NCBI GenBank assembly: GCA_907165135.1
Contig: OU015566.1
Span: 14,322,001 to 14,386,000, forward strand
DNA from: Oikopleura dioica
Lineage: Eukaryota; Animalia; Chordata
Direction of reading: 5' to 3'
DNA length: 64,000 bases
Of this stretch, positions 49,248-62,292 are shown piece after piece; position 1 is the first letter of the stretch; every line of letters begins with the position of its first letter. The translations under genes and the position numbers were made by a program. A model generated the notes under the pieces. The model did not search any database and was not told where the DNA came from. It saw only the letters and a program-made list of their open reading frames with translations.

Positions 49248-52230
49248 TTTTTCCTATAAAATTTCAAGTCCGATCCATTTTTCTGTTTTCCTACTAGGAA
49301 AAGGCTTTCAGGTGTTTTTTCGAAATGCAGCTTTTCAATAAAAGGCTTAGATTTTGATAAAAATCAACTTGTGTCCTCAAAGCTGTAGGCCACATGTTAA
49401 AAACAGCTGTTGATAAATCCCCTGGCATAAATATGAACACAAACCTCAGTTTCACGAGAATGAAATGAAACCCTAATATCAAGAGTTGTTCGCTTCCAAA
49501 GTTTATGCTGAGTATCACTATTCAAGAATCCACTTCTGCCTCAAAACTTCATTATTTTAAAATGATTCACGATTTCAGTTATATGAGCATTCGATGATAG
49601 GAGTATTGCTGTAGATAGCAGCCTGTAATAAACAAACCTTGAGACTTATTATTTATAAATTACAATATCTGCTTTTTTGCTGTCAAAAAGCTTGAAAAAT
49701 TGCTGGAATTTGTATTCGTTGAGCGATTTTAGAAATTGAAATCGTAAATTGTCGCTTCCGAGAATCCGGGCGTAGCAAATTATTTCGATGCAGGGAATTG
49801 TGTGAGCTTTTTCTTCTTTCCAGCGGCAACAATGTACAATGTAATGTTATCGACTTATCAAGCTTCCTCGAGAGTTTTTCTAAACGGAACACTTTGTCGC
49901 GCCAAGTGCCTCTGACGAAGCTAACAAGTCTCTAGTTTATAAGCAAAGCATAATGATCAAGTCATTTTCTGTTCCCGTGAACGTCCAGATTTTTCCGGGG
50001 TATAAAACTTGATTGAAACAGCTTCTCAAAGTGCTCTCTTAAAAATCATGTTTACAAATTGAAATGACGTACGATTGAAGAAATCGTCTAAGGGATGCAC
50101 AAAATTGATGTAAAATCTGTTAATTTCAGGGTGACGCCCTTAGGAATTCAAAAATGTACGAACCGCTTGACCGAAATTCATTTATTGAGCATTTTATTGA
50201 CAGTAGTTGTTCCTCGCTAAAGCGAATTTTCTCAGGTGAGTCATCTTTGATTCAATGTTTTTTCTGAGATTTTACGAAGTGAAACCCTTATTTTTATTTA
50301 CCAAAATGAGCTGTGAACCCTTTTCTCTGCCCCTTTATATCATTTTGGAAGATTTAAGGGTGTCACCTTGATAAATCCTAGCAGAAATTCGCTTAAAATC
50401 TTGCTAAGGATTTCATCCCCTACACATCATCAAAAGGGTATCTCAAAATTCCAAGTATGGTGTGTTTTTCGAGGGAATGTCCTTGCGGTTGGAGAATCTA
50501 AATGGGAAATTTAACACAGCCACGAGGTGAATTTCTTGAGCCGCAGGTGATTTCTCCGCAAGATTGAATCACTGCTTAAGGTTTTCTAGGGCATCATCGA
50601 AGTAAAGAAACAATTTGCGGCTTCGCTCACTTTCTCGCGAAACATGAAAGAAGGTTTCATAAATAAACCGTTATTAAAATGATAATACAGCAGTAAATTG
50701 TTTCAACTGCAGTGAACTCAATTAGCCAACAGTTAATCATAACCTCTGCAGATTAATCGCCAACCTCCGGTTTATTACTGTACAGCTTCGAAAAAGCACT
50801 CATTAATTTCCAAAAGTTAAGCGAGTGCAACTAAAGAAAATGATCAATTGTCTGCAAATTGAGTTCGCCAGAGTTGAAGCAATATACTGTTATTTCCCTG
50901 TAGAAATTGAAAAATCCCTCTGAACTCTGTGACTCGTTTTTTTTCTAATTCACTGTTTTTCACTGTGCAATTTTTTGTTTCGACGAGACTCGGCTAAATC
51001 AAATACCGAGGCTTTGGCTTTTAATAAACTCTAAAATCTGATTATCAAACTTTTACTTCACTGTGCTTGAAAACTGTTGGAAGGGGTCTAAAATCGATGA
51101 GCTTTCAAACTTGTTTAGACGCTTTTCTAAAAGCCGGATCCCCGAGCTCGATTTATAAGCGATTTATAAGCAGATCCGCTAGATCCGGTCTTATTCCTTC
51201 CCCTCCTTTTTTATCTGCCGAATTGAACCAGTATTTTGAATAAAAAAATCGAAAATTTGAAAGATAGCAGAAAAGGGTGGAGAAGAAGAAGCTGTCACGT
51301 GAGAATGTGATTGCCACTGTGCTTTTTCGTTCTCATAAAATTAACTGTTGATTGCATCATCTTTCTTGCGTTTTTTCAGCGAAACAACGTGCGCCTTGAC
51401 TAAGCAAAGATCCTGAGTAAAAGGACTTTTCGTAAGCCACTCCTTTAAGATATAAGCAGCAAGAAAAAATTTTAAGGGCATTAACTTTGCTCTGAAATAT
51501 TTATTCGAAAATTAGTGTTTTCAAAAGTCTTCCAGTGACTTTCCTTCTTCCAGCAAAAGGGGTCCTCCTGGAGGACTTTTTAATGATTATATCCGATCTC
51601 ATCCAGATCTGTTAAAATCTTATTTACTTGAAAAATACTTGTAGTGAGCCTATTTAGATAAGGCCACGTAGCCTTACTTACAAACAAGGGCACTTTAAAC
51701 TTGATTATGGATAAAAAGGTAGTGTTGAAAACTTTAAGTGAAACTTGACAAAGAATTTCTAAAAATCAACAAGCTGTCTTGATTTTGGAGAAGTTCTGTT
51801 GTCTCACTGAGCGGCTGTTTATTGTTTCATTTTCTGCCCTGGACATTCAACATTATCTCAAATGTCCTCCCCTGTCCGTGCTCACGTGTGCTTGCATGTT
51901 CTACTTGCATGCATAAACACACTAGCTAGGCACGTCACTTAGACTCTCGTTTCAACGAAAGTGGTTAAATTTCGAGTAACGGGAAAGAAATTATGCGTTA
52001 ATGAAAAATAAACGATCATCCAATTTTGTTTATAAAAATTCTAAAATGTTGCATCGAAATCGAATATCGTAAAAACCGAGAAAAAAGGAGAAAAAGACGA
52101 AAAGAGATGGCGCGCGAGAGTAAAATTAAGGATTTCGCCTGAGGACATGTTAAAATACACATTTTTTATATTCAAAGAAATACTTTTTTATTATTTTTTT
52201 CTGAGAGAAAAATCAAGGAAGATTAAGAAA

Positions 52231-55090
52231 ATGGCCGAGGCAGAATTTGAACTCTCAGGGACGTGGGTTTTATTGGAAATTAAGGCTCTACGCGGTATAT
52301 AAATAAAGCCATTAAAAGATCTGCTGGTAGCAATTGGAATTGGCATTTCATCAATACTCGGAGCAGTTCTTCATCTTATTCTATTGTTCGCCCTGAGGGT
52401 ATGTCAAACTTTTTTCAAGCGAGTGTTTTTGATGCGGAAAGGTCTTTTTACAAGAATTTCCTTCAAAAAAAAACAGAAGGTTTTGGCAGATTTTTGAACC
52501 ATTTTTGGTCTTTTTTGACAATGATGAATAAAATATTCTGATGACACCCTTGATTTTCTGAAAAAACCCTTTTCAACTTTTGATTAAAATATTTTACCGA
52601 AAAAGCAGCGAAGAATCAAATTTAAAATTTGATGTAACTTTCTACTGATACTGCGCGTAATGACCGAGGCCAGGACTTAGGAGATCTATCATCGTAAATT
52701 ACGCCTCTTTTACGAAACTTATTCAATCAAGCGCGAATGCACGGGCTTTCATTGTATCGAAAGACCGAGAAATCTGACGATATTGTCGGCGCGCCAAAAC
52801 GAGCAATAGCGATTCAGTTAAACCCCAGATTTAAATAAGCCAACATTTCAATATGCGCACAGCGCAGTGTTTTAACGCCTCAAATAAGTGATGCAAATGA
52901 AAACGCATTTTGCACGCAAAAAGAGGCCTTGATGAAATGTCGCAAATGTTAAAAATTTAATTTGAAAAGGGGGTTATTTTGAATTAAGGGTGTAGTCATC
53001 ATAAATCGCGATTTTTCTTTGAATTTAACACCCTTAGTAACACCCTTATTCTCTCAACTACAAATTAAGGTAGGTCTTCAACTTTCTTTTTGCAAAAAGA
53101 AAATAAGGGGGTCACTATATAAAATGTGAAAAGGGGGTAAATTAAGGGTGTAGTCATCATAAATCGGGATTTTCTTCAAATTTATTAAATAACAAAGTGA
53201 CACCCTTATTCTCTCAGCTTCAAATTAAGGAAGTTCTTCAACTTTCTTTTTGCAAAAAGAAAATAAGGGTGTCACTATGTAAAATCCTCAGAAAACCCCT
53301 TAGTCACGTTTCTATTCTAGCGTAATCCTTGGAATGCTACCACCCTTTTAACATCAATAAACTCCGTCGCCCAGCTGCTCTACCTCGTCGCCGCAATGCC
53401 TTCACTCTTGGGTCATCGATTTCGTAAAATACCTGACCGCGAGTTTTTCTCCTCCGAAAAAGTCATGACCCCAAGGTCAGAGATAACGATTTTGATAAGC
53501 GGGCACTGGTGGGGAGGAAGGTTTCTTTGCAAATTTATCAATTGCTGGCCGGCTATTGCGTCGGGCATTTGTATTTTGACGAATATTATTATGGCGCTAG
53601 AATATGGTTCAATATCTTCATTTTCATTGGCCAAAAGTGTCGGATTTTTGGTCATGTTGATGTCAAAATCAAGCGTCTACCCGACAATTTTGGATTCATT
53701 ATCCCTCCATCTATATTTAGTAGCACTGTAATGAACCAGAATAAGACAAATATATGGGCCTCAATTATCCTCTTCAACGAGGCAAATTCTCCGATTCCCA
53801 GTTCAGGCGAGGTAAAAAGCAATTTAAAACAAATCATTCCAAACTTGAAGACCGAGTTTGCTAGATCATGCGCAATATCGTTTTCTTTTAGGCTTAATTT
53901 GGACGATTATCGTTTTCATCCCTTCCTTGCTGTCAGGAACGCGGGCCGAAAAGGGAGATATCGGCTGAATTAATTATTTCGGAGTAAAATGGGGTCAATT
54001 TCGATCCGCTTATTCAAGGTCTGCCGCGATTTCTCAAGTCTGAAATACACGAAAGCTTCTATCCAGGGAAGGAGTCACAATTAGACAGACAGAAATAGGT
54101 TATTTTTGATGAGCTAGGTCATTAGCGACAAACGCGGTCAGTTTTATAATTGGCCCTTTTTAATAATTAACAGAGGTGATTCCGTAAAAGCCCACAATGA
54201 AACGAGAATAACCTGTTTTATGGTGAAATCGAAGCATTCCGCAATGCCAATGGTCATTTTCGTGCTGTTTTATTTGGTACCAAGTGTGATTCTTCTGCTA
54301 CTTTCGATGCATTTGAAGAGATTGATGATCAAGGCCAGGTATGAACCGAAATTTTCTTCCACTTATTGTTTTTTTCCAGCAAGCGGGGTCCTCCAAGATT
54401 GAAGTGATGAAAACGAGCGTTTTGATTGAACAAAAGTTTTTTGGTGATGTCGAAATGTTCAATCAGAAAGCTTAGTTTCATCTTGATTAAAGAAGAGGAC
54501 CTTTAGCTTGAAGACTTTTGAATCGCTGGAAGATGTCTATTCAATCATTTTTAGACGAGCTCGTAGGAGAATGACTTCAGCCAGTACTTACTCAACTGGG
54601 ACCGTTTCAAAAGCTGATCTTTTATATCTTGATACAGTATCATATTCATTCAAGTCAGTACAGCAGATATCTCGCAAAAGCTAACAGATTTTTAGCGACG
54701 CAATAATATTCTTTGTCCTCTGGGCGCCATTCAACATCATCGGCTTAGTCTTTCACTTCTTACAAAACCACTTGGAGCAGATCGGCTCTGAAATCTTCAG
54801 TAAGTCTTTACTATCAGTCATGTACACGGATAGATACCGTATATTATGGAAAAAGACCCATTCTTGCGTGCTAAAAGAGCAGATCTGTAGACTTTCAATC
54901 AATTTCTTTAGAACTGTCCTGGATCCGCTTGAGTCTAAAGACCCTACTGTACTTGTCAAACATATGCGTCTTCATCTACTTTTGCATCTGGCCGATGAAC
55001 TATTTTCTTCGTTTTCCATCGCTTCGAAGAGTTTTTGGTCTCCAAAACCACAGGTTTGAAAAACTAATAGCTAGGACCTTCCTAACATGA
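52231..55090 (+). CDS. Divergent class A (rhodopsin-like) GPCR, possibly degenerate
   Basis: TM1 LLVAIGIGISSILGAVLHLILLFALR (ends 52398); TM2 TTLLTSINSVAQLLYLVAAMP (from 53321); ECL1/TM3 HWWGGRFLCKFINCWPAIASGICILTNIIMALE; TM5 FVLFYLVPSVILLLL; TM6 IIFFVLWAPFNII; TM7/helix 8 SNICVFIYFCIWPMNYFLRFPSLRRVF. TM4 and ICL3 junctions are unresolved. Confidence 0.7.
52982..53285. repeat. Two tandem ~158-bp units rich in TAAGGGTG / CACCCTTA motifs, in the GPCR intron
   Basis: AATTAAGGGTGTAGTCATCATAAATC... near 52982 and 53140; shared CACCCTTATTCTCTCA..CAAATTAAGG..TCTTCAACTTTCTTTTTGCAAAAAGAAAATAAGGG.GTCACTAT. Confidence 0.8.
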
Positions 55091-55489
55091 CTTTAACTCG
55101 ATTCATTCAATATACAGTAACAACGTCATTACTGTATCAAGACAACTAAGCAGTGCTTTAACTCAAATCTTTATCCATCCTTCTCAAGGCCTAGACTGCT
55201 TTCTGTCTAGCAGACAAAATCTAATCCATCAAAAAAATCGAATTATTAGAGAAAAACTTGGTAAATTACTTAGTTTTGTTTTTACAAGAAAAGTAATTGT
55301 AGTTCAAACAAAGCATAAACATTTTTGAACGTGTCCTGACTCGATTAATGTTCAATTTTATTTACATAATTGATCAAAACACCTCTTTTCTCCATTTTTG
55401 ATCATTTCTAAGACCAAAAAAAGAACGATAATAAGTTATTATTAATAACACTTCCTTCCTCATCCCCGCCAAAGCGGGATTATTTCCGA

Positions 55490-57141
55490 TTAGATCAGCC
55501 ATATTTTGTAGAAAAAACTATTTCTATTTCTAACCAACGAGAAAAATGGTATTTCAAGGCCAAAATACTTCACGAGCGCTAGAAGTTCCAAGACAACGTC
55601 GGAGAATTCTTCTGCTCGATTGTGTAAATCTGCGAGATCCGCGCGATCGTCAAGATCTTCCAAAGAAAAAGGGTTGAAATCGGACAGCCAATGAACTTTT
55701 CCTTCAAAATTAATGATGAAGAGATAGCCTGTCAATTGAGTATTGGTCTGAAAGGCTAAGTTACTGTATCTTGCTGATAGACAGACATCATCTGACAGAA
55801 TCCACATTCAACCCTTTCGACTAGAAAGCTCCAAGATAAAAAAAGCACTGCCGCCAATTGACGTCTAGCGATGATTTTGAAATCATTATCTTTATTTATT
55901 CTCTTTTCAATCTGCTTCCGAGCTATTTAACTGACTGTATCGGTATCTGACTGTAGTCTCGATGACACAAATGCGCTTTTTACTGCCAAATGCTTTTTAT
56001 CTTCAATAGCTTCTTTTCCGACTCAATAAAGATGGCTTGCTTCAAGCTGATTTATTTTTTGAATTACAGTAAAATTTCAGCGCTAGAATTTCTGGCATGC
56101 GTCTTATTCACCTTTCCCCGAAAAAAGTGAAAATTCGCTGGTGCGGATTGATCCAGCCCCCAAGTCGTAAGTCGGAATTAATCAAATTCCAAATTCGGCG
56201 CTGCGCAAATTTCCAGCGGCAGCCGCTTCTCAACCCTTTTTTTGCAAAATGAATTTTTATGCGACGAGTCAAGATTACGTGGAGCTACGGCATAACCATT
56301 TCAAAAATTAGGGGCCGCAAGTTTTGGCCGAAAATATTAATCATTTTATCAACTTTTCAAGGAATAAAATGACACATGTCTTGAAGAACCATAAATCGTT
56401 TAATTTTATTGAGTGATGATGAAGATATTTGTAGATCACGATAACGAAGTTTTTCTTTATTAGAAAGAGAAAATAAAAGGTCATGTGTCCTGACTTTAAT
56501 TTCTAGCGCACAAGATTCATTTTATGAAAAAAAACAGATTCAGGTTTGGAAAATCAGACTTCAACAACATTGATATTTCATTTCATAAGAAACCATCTTT
56601 TTAGATATTCGAAAGTTGGTATTTGTTAATATTTATGAGAAAAAATCAGCTGTTGAGCACATTGCCTCAAGTGGATACGGTAGTCTGTATCGATACTGCA
56701 GCTTTGATTTTTATCCAATCAGCCCTTGAAATTAAACCACCTTGCCTTTGGCTTCTGAAAGATTAAAAATTGAAGCAAAAAGTTGTGTTTTTGGAACAAA
56801 ATTCTTGTCTCATGAAAGACGGAAAATGCAATATATTCACATTCTGGTACACAGTTAAAAAGTACGCTTCTGCGGCTGGGGATGTATTTTATTGGGGATG
56901 TAGCGGTCTGTAAGTCTACGTGTATTTTTGGCCCGACCGCCAAGTTAGTGTTCTGCTGACGATTATCCGGTCGAAGCTCAATTCGCCAGAATTTTCGAAT
57001 TTTTTTTTTTTGCCCGCCACGTTTGTGGTTTCCAAGAGTCTCTATAATTTGGCCAGTAATTACTAATTTTGGACGACGAGCCTCTTCCGGAAACGGGAAA
57101 TCGAAAAACCTCTCTATGAAAATGATATTTCTTAGATCCAA
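55490..57141 (-). CDS. Candidate exons of an unidentified gene
   Basis: Two protein-like open frames, 57141-56719 (140 codons) and 55807-55490 (105 codons). Linkage and product unknown. Confidence 0.4.
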
Positions 57142-59280
57142 AAATCGCTTATTTCTATTTCATCTTATTTTCGCTTCGAAAAAAGAAATTCAAAACGTGT
57201 CGAAAATCCGACGAGATTTTTGGCGGCCCGTTTAGCGAAAAGCTTATGCGAAAATCTAGTTCCATCGAGCCCGAAACTTATTCAACGATTCCGGCGGCAG
57301 ACGTGTCCCCGAATATTTTTCAAAAATCATTTATGATTTCAAAAACACTGATTTTCGAGATTTGCATTGCAGATAAGCATGTTTCCCCGTCGCGGCCAGA
57401 ATAGAAGGAGCTCTGCTTCCGCCTTTCTACATTTTGCATTTGCATTTTCTGGCTTTGGTGGCAAGATGGTTGCATTTCAAGGGTAGATACGAGCGCTGAT
57501 TGAAATCAAACAGTGCGCAACAGCTGATGTTTAGCTATAAATAAGCTGAAGCAGATTTCTCCCGTAGAAAAAAAACTTGATAAAATAAAAATACTAGAAT
57601 ACGTTGAATTCTTGTTATCCCACATTGAGTGAATTATAAGTTTTGATAAAAGAAAGTTATCAGTTACTCATAAAATTTTTCCTTTTATAAATTTAAATTA
57701 AAAAATTTTGTATTATAAAATGAATCATTTCCCTTTGATTTTTTTGCCATTGTAACTTTAAATTACTTTGATAATAAATTTCGTGAAATCATGAATAATC
57801 TGACTCATTGATCCGCTGGAATAAAAAACAAGAAACTCGTAAAAAAATCGAACCTCGAGAAAAAAACAAAATACGCTTTGGCGCTTGAAATATTTTGAAA
57901 AAATCGTAAGAGACACGAAAAATTGAGCATTTTCGAAGCTGTGTTTTGAATAATCCGATGAGGTAATGACGACTTATGGGAAAGATTTAAGCTGGTCGAT
58001 GGAGACCCTGCTCGTGCTGTTGCTCGTCCTCGCGGTCGCAGCTGCACTTTTCTTTTGGCTCAAGTGAGGGGGGATTATTGAGCATTTCAAACTCATCCAA
58101 GTTTTAGAAAAAATTGGGTTCAGTCAAAGAGTCAAACGAGGAAGTATTCTAGCGACAGATCTTATAGAAGAAAAAGATTCTCTCCTCGACGAGATCTTTA
58201 ATTACCAATTGAATTCTGTTGTTGATTCATTTCCCACCATCGTAAAATCAGTTAATTAAAATTCTTTTATTCATGTGGCAAAAATTCCTTCTCGGAAAAT
58301 TCCGTAAAAAAGCGTCGAAATAGGAGCCTCTTTACTTCACATTTTAATTGAAATCGGGGGCGAAAAAACCGGACGCGGCTGTTTATCAAACACCGAAATT
58401 ACCATCCGCGTTGAACCCTGAGAGGACATTCTAGAGCTAAAATTAGTGACTCTATCCGGAAAAGCGTGTCCTAGCCTTGAAAAAATAGAAACACGTTTTA
58501 TTCTTTTTCGAGACAAAATTTTAGACCGCCTCTTTTTCGAGCGACGGAAAGAGTAAGGGTATCTTCCAGTTGTATAATATTTAAGCGGCTGGATTGAAAT
58601 CTGACCAGTAGGAGTTTGTTATGGATAATTGGAGGGATTAGCAGATCGGTCAAGAAATAGATAATAAGCAAAATTAAGAGCGCTTCCAGCAGCGCGCCAG
58701 TTGCGCTAACAAAAAGAAACGTGCTCAATAGAAAAGGGAAGTAGACAGCGGACTATACACAATGTTCACTGGCCGCGTTACAAAACTTGTTCCTTCCGAA
58801 CGAGCTTCTTTTCCGCTTCGCTTGATCATTGAAAATCGTGTTCCGGGTAATGCCATTTTATTCCATAATAGTTTCAACGCGGTTTTTCAATAGTGATTTT
58901 TAAGATCCTGACTCAGGTTTTTACACAGGTTGCTGGGCCTAGCGACGAAGCCGACAGGCAGATAGTCAGCTCTATTAACCTCTTTACTGTCAACAGCTGT
59001 TTGAAGTAGATAAGGTTTACGGTTAAAATCAGCTGATTTTATGGTCAGCTGTTTTTCATTTGGTCATTGGCAATAAATACGAAATCGGTGGTACGAGTTA
59101 CACATTATTGTAAAATGCGACAAAATCTGCATTTTTTTCATATCTCGCGAAAAGACGACTTTCTGAAAATGCTTTATTTTTGATTAAATGAAACTTAAAT
59201 CCTCTTATCTTTATTCAAGTCTTCTGATGAGTATGATAATATAATAAACTCTTGCATCAGTTAAACTCTTCTCTTTCATA

Positions 59281-59565
59281 ATGGAGGATCAAAAAAAGTC
59301 TCGTCCGAAAATTCGCGAGATTAGCCGTCCAAATCCATACGAAACACGTGCCCAGCCGCAGCTCCCTTTTCAGAAAAAGAATGAAGCTCGGAACAAAATC
59401 TTCATAAACCAGAAAATTGGCACCTTACCTGTTCAAGGCAATCTCTTCTATTTTCTTTCTTTCTTAGTCATCATCACGGCGATTTTGGTTTCACGTTGCT
59501 TCGAAATTGCAGTTTTGGGCAAAAAATTATGTTCAAGAATGAGGAAGAAGGCACTTGACACGTGA
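59281..59565 (+). CDS. Small ORF with one hydrophobic segment
   Basis: ATG 59281; LFYFLSFLVIITAILVS is a putative TM helix; no family recognised. Confidence 0.3.
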   Translation: MEDQKKSRPKIREISRPNPYETRAQPQLPFQKKNEARNKIFINQKIGTLPVQGNLFYFLSFLVIITAILVSRCFEIAVLGKKLCSRMRKKALDT

Positions 59566-60785
59566 CGCACCTCCTAGAGCATCAGAGGCACCGTGGATAC
59601 CCGGACAGAGTGTTTTATTACATCGTGGGGTTGTACAACCTTCGCTGACCTAAGATTCTTCCGCCAAGAAATGAGTCAAAACTTTTGAGTCAAAAGACAA
59701 AAGTTAAATGACAAAATTTCAAGAATCAGCCGAGGGATGGCGCTTTTTTCTAATATTTCGACCAATCAGGAGCGTTTTTTCATCGAAAATTTATACGCCG
59801 AATTTAAGGGTATCCACGATTGACAAATTAGACTTGTCGGTCGTCGAGAAGAGAAAATCGACAATCTAAGGCTTAAAATAAAATTTAAATTTGACAATTT
59901 TTTCAAAAAACTGCTGTTTTTTTCAATTTGAAAAGATGATGATTCATTTTTTTGGGAAACGCGTCGGAAAATCGTGAAAAATGTTGTATTTGTTGGAAAT
60001 TCGGTGTTTTGATATTGACGATCAGGGATCGTGGTGCGCTGATGGTGGTGCTTAGTGCTCCACTAAATTGGCTCTTTCGACGCGAAACTCCAAAAACTCG
60101 CGAATCCGATCGGCGACTCATTAAACAAGAATAAACACGTACAGCGAAATTTTCAGAACGAAACTCGTAAACGTAACTCATCTTCTTTCGAAGGCCCAGT
60201 CTTCGATTCTAGCGCTGGGGATAATCGAAAATCCGTTACTGGCGTGAACGTGGTCGCCTTTCTTGATAAGATAAGGTTGCGTATCATGTATACGAAACCA
60301 CTTTCGGTCGCTTTTGACGATTTATAAAATATGCACAAGTTTTGTAAACGCGGCGGAATTCGCAGTTCCAAAGCGCCAGAATATTTACAGCGCGGGGGAT
60401 ATCCGCTTTACTAAAGAAGCCAGTCGACTCAAAAAGCATTTTTCCGCCATATATGACGATTTTTGTCATGTTCATTTATAACCCCCTTGCCGACCGATTG
60501 ATAAAACAAACACTAGAATTGCGGTTTTAGTGAGTAACGTTATCCCTGTTGAGACTCTCAACTTGAGAGTCTTAGGCAAATGGTGGATTGTTCAAAGCAA
60601 TTATGGCTTGAGTAAACAAACGGACTTTGAGACTTTGCATAACGGATCGGAGCTAATGCATCGCCCAGATTTTTGGAGAATCGTGCATTTTGGCCAGTTG
60701 GATTTGAATTCAGAGACACGTAGTATTTACGTTCATAACGTATAACTAACGAAATGGGAAACAAAACGTTTCAATGAGTCAATAT

Positions 60786-60867
60786 TGAGCTGAGCTGGCT
60801 CAATCATTTCTGAGCTGACTCATCTTGAGCTGAGCTAGCTCATTTTTGTCTGAGCTAGCTCAGCCCA
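60786..60867. repeat. Short array of TGAGCT(A/G)GCTCA palindromic units
   Basis: TTGAGCTGAGCTGGCTCA, TGAGCTGACTCA, TTGAGCTGAGCTAGCTCA and TGAGCTAGCTCA in tandem. Confidence 0.65.
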
Positions 60868-61920
60868 AAGATCGATGTTCTATTGAACAATGTTTTATTA
60901 AAATATACGATTTTAATCCGATTTTCTCTCTTCAAGTTTTTTCCAGGAATTTATTTTACGAATGAGGTGGCCCTTGATTCGCAGCTGCGCAAGATTTCGC
61001 GTAAACGTACATTTTTCGTCAATTTCGTCAATTCCAATTTCCTAATTCGCGAATTTTAAACGCAAGTCTGTCAAAATGCGCGCTCTTGGCGAAAATTTGC
61101 ATATGTTTCTTCGATGTAATTTTTATTTAAATTTGGAGGAAAAGGGGGATGGTAATGACGTAGGAACATGATTTTTGTGTCGTTTTAAAAATTTAGGCGC
61201 TAGAATCTTTAAAATTTGAAGATTTTTTATAAAAAAAATTTTTTTTTGCCAAATAATTGGTAAAAAGACCGACATGGGTTAAGAAACCGTCGCTTTCTGA
61301 AAAAGCTCTAGAATTTGAAAATTGAGCTTTTTGGAAAAACGTCTTGAAGGATTAAAATAATTGTCGGCTTTGATGAGTTGGATGCTTGTTTTTTCAAAGA
61401 GTGGTTTTTTAAGATTTATTGGGTTTTTGAATTGATGTTTTTGCAAATTTTTCGATTGGCGCCTTTGGAGAAGCGGGAGTTAGAAAACGTGGAGAATTAA
61501 GTTAGCATTGCGGCGGCAACGGTTTTCAAAGCTGATGCTATACGTGTGGGGAAACGATTCTTCTGCGCGATTCATTTCATGCTTATTCTTTAACTTGAGC
61601 GAATTAATCGTAATGGAGGACAGACTATAATTTAAAGTTTTATTACTTTTTCGCTGACTTTTCGCAAGGAAGTGTATCAGTTGTAAAATGAGTCTCTTGT
61701 TTGACTGCTCTATTTGTACTGCTGAATATTAACGGAAAATTGTCTCTTTCCCTTTTATTCTACGAGTTGAATTCAATTGCAGAAAAGATCAAAAAATATG
61801 TCGGACCTACCACCTCCTAAAAATTTTGACGATTTATCATTTTCTAGCGTCGGTTCTTACAAAGAGAAAAAGCCAGATACAGGCGAGCAAACTATCTGCA
61901 GATAGTTTTCAAATTATAAA

Positions 61921-62292
61921 ATGAAAACCCAAATCCAGATACTCCTAACCAAAATCGCTGAGTCTCAATGCTTGCCTCCGAATACAAATGCTATTGAACC
62001 TATTTTTGATCGCGTGAATTCCTCTCAGGCTGAATATGCTACTGAAAACAAAAAACTGAAAAAGGAAGTCAGAAAACTCAAAAAAGAAAATTGCGAGCTG
62101 AAGAGAAAATTAGAACAACTTACAAATTGCACGATTTGCTTCGAAGAGTATGGACACGAAACTGAAAGAGCTGTGATAACTCGATGTGGTCATTCATTCT
62201 GCTACCGTTGTTTAAAGTCAATGCTTCCACAATGGTGTCCTTCTTGCAGAGGTCACTTTCAGACTTCTGACATTATCAAAATCTACCTTTAA
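61921..62292 (+). CDS. Intronless coiled-coil plus C3HC4 RING finger protein (putative E3 ligase)
   Basis: ENKKLKKEVRKLKKENCELKRKLEQ coiled coil followed by CTICFEEY..TRCGHSFCYRCL..CPSCR. Confidence 0.9.
   Translation: MKTQIQILLTKIAESQCLPPNTNAIEPIFDRVNSSQAEYATENKKLKKEVRKLKKENCELKRKLEQLTNCTICFEEYGHETERAVITRCGHSFCYRCLKSMLPQWCPSCRGHFQTSDIIKIYL

Noticed and set aside
53321-53360. Suspected frameshift at the start of the GPCR TM2 exon
   Set aside because: On recounting, CGT AAT CCT...CTT TTA ACA TCA is in frame.
60786-60867. CRISPR-like array
   Set aside because: Units are 12-18 nt with 4-8 nt gaps, there are no unique spacers of CRISPR length and no cas genes, and the context is eukaryotic.
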